A DNA stretch of 64,000 bases from Lingula anatina (GCA_051362555.1 CM120649.1:9610001-9674000); one strand, 5' to 3'; positions 50,786 through 64,000 are shown, counted from the first letter of the stretch. Translations and numbers: made by a program. The notes: a model not told the origin generated them from the sequence alone.

Positions 50786-51799
50786 GTCTACTCGTCGATA
50801 AACTATTCGTCAACTGATTAGGGTAATTTTCCTCTCATACCTTCAAATAAGTTCAGTAAAGAAGGCATTGTAATGGTTTTATTGAAAAAGACAAATAAAA
50901 GTCTTAACTAAATAAATATATCAACAAAGTTTAACTGCAAAACCTTATCATATCATTCCCAAAAATATTGATACAGATATTTCAGATATATTTGTCATGT
51001 TTAAAAATGGCCCATAAATGTCAAACAATGGCCCATTGATATGCAAAATGGCCCATTAAGGGTGACCCAGGAGGGGCCATTGTCCCATGGGTGGTTTGGA
51101 CCTTCCCAATCACTGAACTGGTCGAGTTCATATAGTTGTGCAAGATTTAAATTTTAATGTGTGTATCACATTGCCATTGTCCTTTGAAAATGACAAAACA
51201 TTTCAATCTTCTTCATTATAGTCCCAGTATGAGATAAAAGTTAATAAATTCAGACTATGTCAGATGTTTCAGGTATGAAGAAAAAAATATGAAAATGCCT
51301 TCAGCCTCATTCTCTCCTAGTCCTTTAAGATTGAATCATGTCATGAATTAAGTCCCACCAATACCACAACAAGACAATTTTAGTACCGGTTAGTTGAAAG
51401 TTATATTTTAAAAGGCTTGTATCAAAATATTGTGCAGTCCTCTCATGAAGCTAAATTTTCCCAGATATTATTACAGTTTCAATTTTCATATTTAACATAC
51501 TAGTAAGCAGATTCAGGATGGGTAGTTTATGTTTTGAATGTAGTCCTGAAAGAAAGTGCAGTGAGGTCCAAAATAAGCTCTTTCATTTTTTGCTAAAATG
51601 TTTAAACTTTTAAAAATTTTATAAAGGGGGCATGTACACATTATGTATACTCAGAATATCTTTAGAATGACAACATATTGTAATAACCCATCAGTTGGTT
51701 ATTCAGGTTCTTAGATTTTCTTTTTCACCAATAAGGCAACTGAGACAGGCAGGTGTAGTTTTCTGCTACATGGTTTATTTGACTGACTGTAAAACTCGC

Positions 51800-52000
51800 C
51801 TCTCTCTCTCCACCTCTCTCTCTCTCTCTCTCTCGGTATCTATATCTAGGTCTCTATCTATATATATATATATATCTCCTATGTCTCAACCTCTTGTTTC
51901 AGGTCTCTGCTCTTTCTCACTCTCTCTCTCTCTTTCTGTCTGTATCTATATCTATGTCTCTCTATCCATATCTCTCCTATCTATATATCTCCCCCTCTCT
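51800..52000. repeat. Compound (CT)n/(TA)n low-complexity tract
   Basis: Read directly from the sequence; accounts for the SL-rich ORF at 51695..52087. Confidence 0.9.
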
Positions 52001-52159
52001 GAGGTTTGGTCGCTGCTTTTATACTCGATCTTAATTTACATTTTAAAAGATCTTTTATTTGATCATATACAAATGAGAGTAAATTGATAATTCTGTTTTA
52101 TATATAAAAAGTGTTAAAAATGGAAATAAACCCATTTCAGTAGAGTTATCTCTTATTTA

Positions 52160-53375
52160 CATTTTTGGCATTTTCAAGGTGTGACTTTGAAGTTCTATGG
52201 GCCTGACCACCTTTGCCACTCACATTTTCTGAATATCCATGCTACATATACTTTATTATTAAATATTGGTAGTCATTATGCTGTTTAGCATTTCATGATA
52301 TTGCATCTAAATTAGATATGCCCTATTTTAAGCACTGTCATCATAGTGACCATTTGAGAAAAACCATGCCACTTACTGTTCTCAAACTTTCAAGAAAGAA
52401 ATATGGGCCAAAGATACAACTTCATTTGGCAATGCAGTCTGTTTGGTTAATTTTCCTGTAAGTTAAACAGTTTTTTTATGAACATACAATTTTTTACATG
52501 CTGCCACTTTCAAGATGTGCCTTTGAACCTCCATGGGCTTGAAGACCTTTGCCAGTCAAATTGCTGAATATCCATGCCACTAATATTTTATTATTATAAA
52601 TTGATAGTCATTATGCTGTTAAGCATTATGTAATATTGCATCTAAATTGAAGAAAACCCAATTTTGGGCACTGCTGCCATCATGTCCCTTATAAAAAACA
52701 ATGTTACTTATGATTGTCAAACTTACAAAAAAGAAACACAGGACTTAAAATGCAGCCTGGGTTGGAAAACAGTCTAATTTACTTCTTTTACTGCAACTTA
52801 TATATTTTAGTGAAACATTCTTTTTTATCTTATTGGCATATTCAATGTGGAACTCAGAACTCCCATGGGCATAAAGCTGAACGGTAATCAAATTTTCTAC
52901 ATGTCCAAGTTATTTAAAGTCAATAATTAAAATTGCTCATAATTATTCTGTAATTTATTATGTAATGTTACATCAAAATTGACACTAATGTTCTCTGTGC
53001 ACTGCTACTGCAATCGTTATGAAAAGAAAACTGTTACTTATTATTTTAAACTTACAAGAATAATTTTAGTCTTGAGATGCAGCTCAAATTAGAAAGCCAG
53101 CTGAATTGATTTATCATTTATTATTGCCTTAATGCAATTTCATAAATTTTCATTTTTCTCATTCTCATTTTCAAAGTGTGCAATTGAACTCTCATGGGTC
53201 TGAAGCCTTATGGTTGTTACACATTTTACTTACATCGGTAATAGCTGTTGAACTTGATTAAAATTTGATGTTGAATTTGCAGTTAAGCATAATGTACTTT
53301 TGCATCCGCAGCATATTTTATGCATTGTTATTTTCTGCTTTTTGTCTGTACATTTGACAGCTTTGCTGCCTTGTT
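52160..53375 (+). mobile_element. HINE family A 3' portion (possibly the distal end of the copy starting at 48111)
   Basis: Ends gcattgttattttctgctttttgtctgtacatttgacagctttgctgccttgtt. The body has ~350-bp internal repeats homologous to the reverse complement of 34270-34920. Confidence 0.75.
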
Positions 53376-53419
53376 GTACAAAAGTGTTTTTTCCTCAGGT
53401 TTAATTCTTAGTTATCAGT

Positions 53420-54480
53420 TTGGGCTGTTTGGGGTTGGGGGGTGTGCTAAGCAAAAATCTTGATATAAACAAAATTTCATGTATAAATTCTGATGCCTGT
53501 TCATTGTCTGTTGTGACATTGAATGTGTCTGCATGTATTCTGATCACTGTCTATGCCTTTTTTGTTGCTGTTTATGTTTATTATAATATAATAATATATT
53601 TTGATCACTGGGCTATGTTTGTGTTGTAACTATCCTATATGCCTATATATATTATTTTTATTGATGATTTATTATCTGTTTTCAGTAGAAATGAAGATGT
53701 GTGTCTTGGATTATCATCACACTTATGACAGTTGAATTCATCTGTTCACCATCTAGTTCTACAACCACACAGTATCAGCAAAGGTCAGTGCAACAACGAT
53801 ATTGCTACACTGGTGATTCTATTCAATCCCATTGTGACCATCGCCACTTTATGTTGTAACTGGGAAATTATCATTTGTAAATGGGTCATACAGATCCAAA
53901 TCAGTTTTTGATATGTTCAAGGTGACAAGGGTTAATGTGAACTGTTGAGATTTGGGTGGGGGTGGGAGGGAGATGTGCGCTTAGCAAAAATCTTGATATA
54001 GACCGAATTTTATGTATACATTCTGATGCCTGAGCATTGTGTGTTGTGACATTGAATGAGTCTGTATGTATTCTGATCAGCTAAACTTATCTCAACCTAA
54101 CATAGCGCAGGTCAATGAAACAATGATAATTGCTACACTGGTGATAATCTCTTCAATCCCATTGTGAACATTGCCGATAATGTTTTACCAGAGAAATTAT
54201 CATTTTGGAAAAAGGTGAATAAGATCCCATTCAGTTTTATATATATTCAAGGTGACAAGGGTTAATGTAAACTGTTGGGGGGTGGAGGTGCGCTCAGCAA
54301 AAATCTTGATATAAACAAAATTTCATGTATAAAATCTGATGCCTGTTCATTGTCTGTTGTGACATTGAATGTGTCTGTATGTATATTCGGATCACTGTCT
54401 GTGTCTGTATTGGTGCTGTATATGTTTATTATAATATAATAATATATTTTGATCTCTGTGTTATGTGTATGTTGTAACTA
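53420..54480 (+). repeat. Local tandem duplications (three copies of a ~120-bp core with alternating tails)
   Basis: gcaaaaatcttgatata-ac-aaattt-atgtata-attctgatgcctg...gtgacattgaatg at 53451, 53984 and 54297. ttgctacactggtgat...ttcaatcccattgtga at 53802 and 54130. Confidence 0.85.
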
Positions 54481-55954
54481 ACATATATATATATATATAT
54501 ATATATATGCCTAACATTTCCCCCCCCCCCTTACAAAAATGTAGATAAAAGCAGATTGAAAAAGTAATCTGCTGTCAGTTACTTAAGGGTACACCGATGT
54601 TATTGTTTACATCGATTATATATTGTTTGCAAAGCCCATTTTAAAATAAATCAAATGAATTTTTACAACTGTGTATATTTACGATGTATACCAAAAACTT
54701 ATGAGACAAGCTACGGCAGACCGTTGGAAAATCGACAATAATTTTCAAGATACGCTATATATCGAAATTATCTCTTGGCATCTGTGTTATTTAGCCACAT
54801 AGCTATCCCTTCGCACAATCAGTTTCTTACAACGCGGATTTTTTACAAGATCGATATTTGAAATGCCACCTTTTTCTCCTTCTGAGAGAGAAAGTCAGCA
54901 ATGACCTTGACCTTTATGATATAGGTCGCTGGCGCACAATGCATTTTATGGCATGGCTACCCGTACGTGACTGCCGCACAAGATGTCACTTCTGAGAGGA
55001 AAAAAGTTGGTAAGTTCACATTTTCATCATATCTTTATAATTAGAGAATGTTGTGAGGAGATTTACTGCGTGTTAATGATCGACTTCTGTGAAAAAATCA
55101 TAGTATAAGATATTAAATTATAATATTCCTTGATGCACATGTAACTAAGTTTTATTGCCATTTCACGTGTTTTTTTTTTTTTTTTTTTTAATTTGGTCAT
55201 GATGGTTATATAAGCAAATGCAATTTATGCAAATTTACAGATCTTTAGCTTATTTTGTGGCTAAGTTAAACAGAAAAAGTAAAAACAGTAAAAAGACCTA
55301 CTGGATACAGTGTACAGAATGAAGCAAAATATGATGTATTTAAAGCCAATAAGCATATATTACTGTCCATTGGAACTTCTACTTCAGCATCCTCTGTATT
55401 AGGTTCTCAAAATACTAGTATACTCCCACCTGCTAATTTATAATGTGTATTAGATTTCTGATCTTCATCCAGCACTGATCTAGTCTCTAACACAGTTTGT
55501 TTCAGGATAATAGTTATAACTTTAATTTATTCCTTCTTTAATATTTCTCTTTTAAGCCAATAGCCTATGCATAAATAATCTTTTATATATCCTGTTTCAA
55601 CTGACTCAGAAATTTTGGTACTTTTGCAGTATACCCCACCTCCACCCGCAACTCTCTAATTTCCGATGATTTTCAAAATTAAGTTATGTGGTAACTTTTA
55701 TCAATGTCTCAGCTATTCCAAAAAAAAAAAAAAAAATTAGTTTGTAAATTTGCTAACTTATTTTTTATACTTTTTTTACTAACCCTGAAAATTAATTGAC
55801 CAATGAGATTGCGGCAAATTTTCAGCCCAGTGATAATGCTGGTCCTCATTTTATGTGAACTGCATGAAGTATGCAGGGATGTATAGGATAAAGCATGCTG
55901 TCTCAGTCTGTTTCTCCTTGAACATTTTGCTTATATATGATAGATAGAAATGAA

Positions 55955-56001
<47 letters not shown>

Positions 56002-56080
56002 CCTGTAATGACTCTTTTTTTTCATTCTTGCTTAACACTATTAAGACAAGCATAATTTGACGTTCTAATATAAATTAAAG

Positions 56081-56404
56081 GCTAGTGAAAACCCCATCTG
56101 TGAGGCACAAAAATGGATAAAAGCTGGCCAAGATCCAGATGGAATTGAAGTAAAATTTATCAATAAAGAAATAAGTAATTTTTACTGTAAGCCATAAATT
56201 GGTTCTTCAGTTTTGTTTGTTTGTTAAAAAAGTGGATTACATTAATTAAATATTTTTATTTTGTGTTTGTACAGTATTGGGAAGGAAAATCAGTCATATT
56301 TTAAATAAAAATGGAGAAATAAACTCAAATGTATTCAGGTGAAGATGAAAACTGTTATTGCAACAAAGAAATTTGAAGAAGGAGAATTCCTGCTAGAGTA
56401 CAGT
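56081..56404 (+). pseudogene. Two exon-like fragments encoding the N-terminus of a SET domain (PR-Set7/SETD8-like), truncated
   Basis: AG|56081 ASENPICEAQKWIKAGQDPDGIEVKFINKEI|GT at 56175, then KTVIATKKFEEGEFLLEY at 56348-56401. This resembles the SET motif GxGVxAxxxFxxGxFLxEY. No downstream NHS/ELxYDY motif found. Confidence 0.6.
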
Positions 56405-58130
56405 TTTGTGCAGAGAAGGTGACATTGCGGATACGGATAAAGCAAAACCGATTAAGTTGTCTTACGTAAGCCCCTTAAGAGGACAAAAGAATTGTGTGAA
56501 AATTCGTAAGCTAAGGACAATGCCGACTTACGTATATTTTACGGACATCTTACGTACATCTTACACACATGCAGCGATGAGTAAGAAGGGGTGGGCTTAT
56601 GTAAATAAGGTGACGGCGGGGTGTTTCTCGCCTTGCGGCAACACAACCATGTGTGAAAAGAGGCGTGATATATGATCCCGCTTAATTGTGGGCTATTAAA
56701 TCGTCCTCTGTTACGCTGCGACGCGACCCAAACATGACTTTGCCCTGGTTAGAATGGGACGTTTAAGAGTAATTTACATTGATTTATTGATTTCTTGTAA
56801 AAAATCAATCCCAACAGAGACTACTAGGATGCCCAGTCAATCCTTACCTTCGCCAGCAGTTATGCACGCGATTCTTCTTTTAAAAGGTGTAAGGCATTTT
56901 TTTCAAACAACTTGTTTCTCAAGCTCCGCCGACTTTAAAATGGCCAAAAAAAAAAAATAAAATAAATAAAATTGAAACCAAAAATAATTTTGTTTTTTTT
57001 TCACCCACGTCCGACTGATCATACTGTTCAATTGGAATAACATAAATGCAAAAATTCTTTTTCACGGTACTCTCACGTCACATGACTGCCTACAAGTTGT
57101 AAACGAAGGCCATTTGTGCCAAGGTAAAGGCTTGGTTCATTTCCTCGAGTTTCCGGTTTTTAAGCCAATCAGTACTTCGTTGATATTTTACACTACACGT
57201 TCGACTACATGTGTCAAATTAATGCAAAATGGCGGGAAAGTGAGCTGGAGTAGCAGTCTTGATTTAAGCAGGAATTTGACCACTGTTGTGTGGCTCAGTT
57301 TATAGTGAAGGAGGGACCAAATTTATTATGCAAAATGGTCTGCCTGGCCAGTGTTACAGATGTTTTAGGCAATTTTATTGACTACTTTCTGTCGGCAATG
57401 AACATATCAGTTGCAACACTTGCGTCACGTGTGGAGTGTTTAAACAGGGAACCAGCAGCGTAAAGAGCACAAAGCATGTTTTTTTTATTATTATTTTGTA
57501 ATTAACAAGAATGATTGACATTTATTTAGAAAAATAAAACATAATAAATTGCTGTTTTTTTGTCCAGAAATTGCTTTACTGTGTTTTAGTTTTTACCATT
57601 GTCTAATGTAGTGTTGAAAGTGAGTTACTTAAAAGTATTTTTCACTTTTTTTCACTATTTTTCACTTTTCACCCCATCCGACCTCTGTCAAAAATAAAAA
57701 TTGTTTGAGAAAATAGTAATTAAGGCGTGAATATCACTGTAACACTACCTTTGTTAAACGCACAATTACAGGCCAGTCATTATCGGTGGGGGTGAGGGGG
57801 GGGGTATATGCTAAATCTATTGTATTACAATATATAGAGCCTGTGTCTGCTTTGACAAGAGTCAGTATGGTGTACAATACTAGATAGTAAAGAGGTGCTA
57901 ATAGTAATCCATAATTATGCCGTTTCTGTAGCACATCCCACCCTCCTTGATTTTAGTTTGCTTACTAGTCGATACCCTATTTAGCGCAGTCTTGTGTTTT
58001 TTTTTTACCTGTTTAAGCAACGTCCAATCCTATGTAATGAACATCAAACTTACAGATCACGTCAACAACATAACAGTATAAATCTGAACGGAACCTTCTT
58101 TCTGTAATGTTTGAATTAATTGGTGGTGGG

Positions 58131-58247
58131 TGTAACATTTTATTTGTCTTAAGCGACAACCTCTTATTTTACAATGTTGTAAGCGACTTGAATAATACAC
58201 GTGTGTTCCAGCATGGCGGCTTACAGAGTTAGCACGTTTATGTTACA
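58131..58247 (+). repeat. 5' LTR (117 bp)
   Basis: TGTAACAT...ATGTTACA; direct repeat of 62710-62826. Confidence 0.96.
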
Positions 58248-58260
58248 TGGTGTCAGAAGT
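58248..58260 (+). promoter_or_regulatory. Primer binding site, complementary to the 3' end of tRNA-Leu
   Basis: TGGTGTCAGAAGT immediately after the LTR; complement of ...ACUUCUGACACCA. Confidence 0.85.
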
Positions 58261-58334
58261 TGAACTTTTCAAGCTATTAGTGAGTCCTTACACATGCCAT
58301 ATAACATTTTTAATTGTGCGAGACTCTAATTAAA

Positions 58335-59262
58335 ATGGCGTATGCATTCGAGCAACCCAGTTTTGATTGGGAGTCTAAAAATTTGTACTTGGAATTTACT
58401 CGATTCCGACAGCATGCTGAGCTCGTTTTCAAGGGTCCACTATCACAAACAGATGATAAGATAAGGGCAGGATGGTTGGGCATGTGGATTGGAAAACAAG
58501 GGAGAGAAATTTATAAAACATTCACTTGGGAAGAAGATGAAGAGGATAAACCAGAAGCAATATTCGGCAAGCTTGAAAATTATGTAAGACCCAGAAAAAA
58601 CAAACGTGCACAAAGATTTAATCTCCAGAAAAGGAAGCAGGAGGAAGGTGAGACATTTGACAATTTTGTAAAAGACATCAGATTGATTCTTATGGATTGT
58701 GAGTACCAAGACGCTGAAGACATTTTAATTGACTGTATAATACGTGGGGTATACTATCCTCGAGTTCAAGAGAAACTGTTAGAAAAAGGGGGAAGGACTT
58801 ACTCTAGCTCAAGCATTAGAAATAGGCAGACAGTATGAGTCATCCCAGCAACAAATGAAGATTTTAAGACCAGAAGTTGAAGTTTCCGCTATTAATCACA
58901 AGTCTCATAAGAGTAAGGAAAGCCATGCTAGTAGAAATCCCTCACAAGCCTCTAAGAGACAGGAACACATACCTTGGAAGCAAAAGAACAAGAAATGTGG
59001 TCAGTGTGGTTTAGATATTGCAACAGCTCATAGAAACAATACTTGCCCAGCAAAAGGAACCAAATGCAGATATTGTAAAAGACTAGACCATTGGTATTCA
59101 GTATGCAGAAAACGAAAAACCAAGGCAGTACACACTTTACAGGAAAGTGATAATGATGTTTACTATGATGATTCAGTGAGTGAAGATAGCAACAATGATC
59201 CACTGTACATTCATACAACTGAAGTTGATGATGAAAATGTTGACTCTGTGCAGTGCAGCTGA
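58335..59262 (+). pseudogene. gag: Gag (frameshifted near 58790) with two zinc knuckles
   Basis: MAYAFEQPSFDW...RKQEEGETFDNFVKDIRLILMDCEY; CGQCGLDIATAHRNNTC-PAKGTK-CRYCKRLDHWYSVC. Confidence 0.88.
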
Positions 59263-62200
59263 AGATAAATGGATAGTGACACTAGATGTCCAAGACAAGC
59301 CACTTAAATTTCGTATAGATACTGGAGCAAAATGTAACATTCTAGTGAAAGCTGATTATGAAAAACTTAGTCTTCACAAGAACTTGAACCAAACAACTAA
59401 AGTTCTTCGCTCCTACTCTAATCACAAGATCCGCCCAATCGGAAAAGCACAGCTTTCAGTGGCATACAATACTACTCAGTTGCCAGTTGACTTTGAAATA
59501 GTAGACATAGACCAGGAAAATGTCATTAACGGTGAAGTTTCAGAGAAACTTGGGCTCCTCCATAGAGTCAGAGTAAACAAGGTAAACAGTGTAGATGATT
59601 TCACTGAACTTGCCAAGAACACAGGTACGCTACCAGGTAAGCATACCATAAAGATAGACCCAACAGCAAAGGGAGTTATACATCCAGCCAGATGACAGCC
59701 AGCATCACTGAAGCCACGCATCGTAGAGAAATTACAGGAAATGGAATCAGATGGCTTCATTACCCGAGTCCATGAGCCAACTGAATGGGTCAGTTCAATG
59801 GTTGTTTCATTAAGAAATGATAAAGTTAGAATCTGTATAGACCCATGTGATTTGAACAATGCAATCAAAAGAGAGCATCATCCACTGAAAACTATTGAAG
59901 AAGTTGTAGCTAGTATTCCAAAAGCCACAGTGTTTTCTGTGTTAGACGCCACACAGGGATTTTTGCAGATACAGCTTGATGAGCAGTCATCCTTTTTGAC
60001 TACTTTCAACACTCCAATTGGCAGGTACAGATGGCTTCGCCTACCCTTTTGTATTAAATCGGCGCCAGAAATTTTTCAGAGAATCATGGATGAGATGCTT
60101 GAAGGCATAGAAGGTGCCACAGCTATAATGGATGACATATTGATAGCAGGCACAGATCGTGAGCATCATGATTCGATTTTCAAGAAGGTTATTCAGAGAG
60201 CTACTGAATACAACCTAAAGCTCAATTTTGACAAGTGTCAGGTGCGCCAGCCCAGAGTTCAGTATGTGGGACATATCCTCACAGCAGAGGGCCTGAGCCC
60301 AGATCCAGAAAAAGTGCGCGCAATAACTGAGATGACACCACCCACAGATAAGGATGGAGTACGAAGAATACTTGGTCTTGTACAGTATCTAGCCAAGTTC
60401 ATACCAAACCTGAGTCAGGTGGATGCCCCACTGAGAGCATTATTGAAGAATGATGTGTCATTCAAGTGGGAACATTAGCAACAAGCAAGTTTTGAGGAAC
60501 TCAAACACTTGTGTAGCACACCGCCTGTATTAGCTTATTATGATGTGAACAAGCCCGTAGAGATTCAGTGTGATGCATCAAGAAGTGGACTAGGGGCAGT
60601 GCTAATACAAGATGGCCGACCCATAGCATACACGTCACGTTCTCTTACTGATGTTGAAATGCGTTATGCTCAAATAGAGAAGGAAATGCTCGCCATTGTC
60701 CATGGAGCTATAAAATTCCACTGCTACATCTTCGGTAAGGAAACAACAGTGTACACAGACCACAAGCCATTAGAGAGCATTTTTAAGAAGCCATTACTGT
60801 CAGCTCCAATGAGATTACAGAAGATGTTGCTGCGTCTACAGTGGTACAATCTCAATGTTGTATACAGGAAAGGCAAAGATATGGTGGTAGCAGATACATT
60901 GTCGAGAGCATACTTACCAGACTCCAGTTCTGACGTGACAGGACTAGATGATTTATGTTTAATTTATATGATCTCTGTGAGCAGCGAGAGATACTCTGAT
61001 ATTAGAACAAGAACGCAAAGAGAGCTACAGCCTCTATACAACACAATTGTTCAAGGATGGCCAGATACGCGTAGAGAGACACCTTATGAAATTAGAAATT
61101 TCTGGGACTCCAGAGACCAATTGTCTGTGTTTGATGGTGTAATCTACAAAGGCCTCAGAATAGTTATTCCACCGTCATTACAAAAGTACATGCTTAGCTT
61201 GATACACGAGTCACATCTTGGAGTTGTGAAATGCAAACAGCGTGCAAGGGAAGTCATGTTTTGGCCTGGAATGAATATGGAAATTGAAAACATGGTGAGA
61301 GACTGCATAAAATGTTCTGAGTATCAAAACAGGTTACCCGCAGAACCGTTGAAACCGACCGTCCCTCCAGATCTACCCTATACTGAAGTTGGTTGTGACA
61401 TATTTGACTTTGGAGCAAAAAAGTACCTACTTCTCATTGATTACTATTCAAAATACATTGATGTTGTAGAACTGAATGCCGCAACTACAACTGCTACAAT
61501 CAATGCTATGAAATATGTGTTTAGTTGTCATGGCATACCTCTTAAAATCAGATCAGACAATGGACCACAGTTTAGTTCATGTGAATTCAAACAATTTTGC
61601 AAAGTGTATGATATTGAACATATGACCTCCAGTCCTCAGTACCCAGGTTCAAATGGGGAAGCTGAGAGAGCTATTCAAATTGTGAAGAAAATGTGGAAAA
61701 AATGTGATGACAAGTATCTTGCTCTACTCAACTACAGAACTACACCTTTGGAAGGCATAAACTTGTCCCCTTCGCAGTTGTTAATGGGACGCAGACCTAG
61801 AAACACACTGCCTGCAGCTCGAAATCTGTTAAAACCACAGGCATATAACCAACGAGAGGTGAAACGTCATTTTAGCCAGGAGAAACTAAAGCAGAAATAT
61901 TATTATGATCAAAGGAAAGGTGCTAAAGAACTGAAAGCTTTTAACCCTGGAGAACATGTGAGAATGCAGCCTCATCCAGGTTCAAAAACATGGGCACCAG
62001 CCATTGTTGTTAAACGTCATACACATCCAAGATCATACATAGTGGAAGGAAATGACCGTGTATACAGACGTAATCGTCAGCACTTAAGATCATCAACAGA
62101 AAAAGCACATCACTATAACCCCAATTTTGTTGACTTGGAGCCATGTGATGAGCCATTACATTCACCTATCAAGGATCAGCATATAGTACCTAAGGAGACA

Positions 62201-62335
62201 GTAACACCAACCCGAGATATTGTCAAGGATCAGTGTAAAACACCAACAAAAACAGTGACATCAGCAATTAATACCCCAAGGATTGTAACAAGATCTGGTC
62301 GTGTGGTGAAACCGCCAGACAGATTAAATTTATAA
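59260..62335 (+). pseudogene. pol: Pol: aspartic protease, RT, RNase H and integrase, with in-frame stops at 59693 and 60476
   Basis: FRIDTGAKCN (PR); LDATQGFLQI, RLPF and IMDDILI (RT); CDASRSGLGAVL, YAQIEKE and TDHKPL (RH); HESHLG...CIKC, GCDIF, SDNGPQF and NGEAERAI (IN). Confidence 0.95.
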
Positions 62336-62709
62336 CTTGTGTTTTGTGAATGATTCAGTATTAATTTAATACTACATATGGATTTTCATGTGGACTTGCT
62401 TTAAAGCAGTTTTAAGTTATAATGCAAAGACTCAGCCAAAGACTTTTCTTTAATTTTCTTTCATTTAAATGGACTGTTAAAGACATTCTCTGTGGAGCAT
62501 GAAATGATTTTAAGTTAAAGTAAAAAAAATATATATATTTACAAAAGGACTAGATCAGAGACTCTGAATGCTCTTCTCACATTGAACATTGAAAGACTTT
62601 AAGTTAAAGTGAACACTCACAAAGAACTGTGAACACCAAAAACTGAATTTATTTTAATTTACATGCTTTTACTTACTTTATTAATCTTAGTTGATTATAA
62701 AGAGGGAGA

Positions 62710-62826
62710 TGTAACATTTTATTTGTCTTAAGCGACCACCTCTTATTTTACAATGTTGTAAGCGACTTGAATAATACACGTGTGTTCCAGCATGGCGGCT
62801 TACAGAGTTAGCACGTTTATGTTACA
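62710..62826 (+). repeat. 3' LTR (117 bp)
   Basis: Preceded by the PPT and followed by TSD GTGGG. Confidence 0.96.
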
Positions 62827-64000
62827 GTGGGCAGAGTCTTATTATTCAATGATGATAATAATAATTGTAGAAGTAGGGCTACATGTAGTCGCACAAAAGC
62901 ACATTCCTTAATTCTGTGATCTATTCTAGGGTGTAGGTTTTCGTATATTTTTAACTGTACCATCAACTTACCAGCTTTGGACAACTGGCGAGCAGACAAC
63001 TCCGTGCTTTTGATTTCCTCTAGGGATGATAATTTCACTGTTGTCAGGTGCTGGTCTCGTATCGGCAGTTGCCGCAGGGAGCGTGATTGAAATCAAAACT
63101 TGGCACATTTTGAAAGTTTAAGTCGGACAAAAGAATTTCAGGTGACCCTTTTAATCAGAGCTGCCAGGTAAGCTAACAGTTTAATTACTGCAACGTACAG
63201 GTAAATTGAGAGTTGCGATAAGTTCACCTTCTTCCTATCTCTCCATCAACATATTTCTTGAGACTGCCTTTATTTTCGTTCACTGTTCCACAAGGATAAT
63301 TATCAAACGAAGAACATTGTATGGAGAAGGGGTTTTTATTCATTATTTTATTCATGAAACAATAAGCAAACTGCTTGTTTCAGCAGAAGGATGGGAATAT
63401 AAAACCATTTATTTAAAATAAAGTTCTTAAAAAACTGTTTGCTTAAAGCAGTCCATCAAGATACACGTGAACTAAATCTGGATTGAATAAGTTGTATGAA
63501 TAATGTCATAAAAGAATATTTGCTATATGAATATATGCCAGACATTTCACTCATTGCGATGGACAGAATATTCTGCTATAAAATCGAAAAAAAAAAACAG
63601 AAGGTACTGGTGACAGCCCGTATCGGTAATGTATAATTTGGCAGAGCAAGCTTACATGCACCAAACCAAACAAATTTCAAAAAACAATTTTTGTAACATA
63701 TTTATTGGTAATGGTAGCCGGTCAGATTCCTTGAAAACATTATATACGGTAATTCTCCAATCTATACGAACGCCGCAATAATTACGAACGAAACGTTTTT
63801 TCTCTGAATCTGAATTTTTTGTCTCCGTTCTGTACGAACGATCGCTAAACTCACCTTGGGCACAATTTAAATTTTCCGAACGCAAGAAAGTGTGCCCGAT
63901 TGAAACTCGCCCCATGATTCGTCAAAGCGAGGTTTCAGACCAACGTTCCAAACAAAGGAACTGCCACTTGACAGGAGAGATTGTTATCATGTATTTGTGC

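Larger units (their letters stand above)
48228..51115. mobile_element. Non-autonomous hAT-like element with a perfect 15-bp TIR and a 6-bp TSD
   Basis: aactgg-CAGTGATTGGGAAGG ... CCTTCCCAATCACTG-aactgg; subterminal (a)atggccca repeats at 51005-51080. Confidence 0.85.
58131..62826 (+). mobile_element. Full-length Ty3/Gypsy LTR retrotransposon (Mag-like), disabled
   Basis: Two 117-bp LTRs with 1 mismatch, TG...CA ends, 5-bp TSD GTGGG (58126-30 and 62827-31), PBS, PPT aaagagggaga, and gag-PR-RT-RH-IN order. Confidence 0.97.

Noticed and set aside
54582-57725. Possible Kolobok-like (TTAA-GG) or other TIR elements around 54583, 56470 and 56890-57715
   Set aside because: Only partial inverted similarity (tttcaaacaa/ttgtttgaga) was found, with no convincing matched TIR pair and TSD.
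63000-64000. Short ORFs and CpG-rich patches at the window end
   Set aside because: No domain motifs or clear termini are visible within the window.

Overview
AT-rich animal genomic DNA. A marine invertebrate, probably a mollusc, is inferred only from the repeat types. No intact host gene is visible. Bases 1-27736 form one giant inverted repeat: a ~3 kb arm, ~10 kb of a 129-bp satellite, ~5 kb of a one-directional pyrimidine-rich ~55-bp satellite at the centre, ~6.7 kb of the same 129-bp satellite in reverse orientation, then the reverse complement of the ~3 kb arm. Each 129-bp array starts just inside an inward-facing Helentron/HINE-type 5' terminus. The outer arms are near-identical, but the two arrays carry different monomer variants and higher-order structure. 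The remaining 36 kb is a nest of transposons. It includes a 5'-truncated Penelope-like retroelement (RT + GIY-YIG) in a (TA)n tract, with an inverted pLTR copy and a minimal hammerhead ribozyme motif. There are many nested non-autonomous Helentron (HINE-like) elements with internal 144-165 bp tandem repeats, hAT-like elements (one with a 6-bp TSD), Harbinger-type MITEs and an orphan SET-domain fragment. A full-length but disabled Mag-like Gypsy LTR retrotransposon with 117-bp LTRs lies near the end. All calls come from reading the sequence by eye; no database search was run, and boundaries of degenerate elements are approximate.
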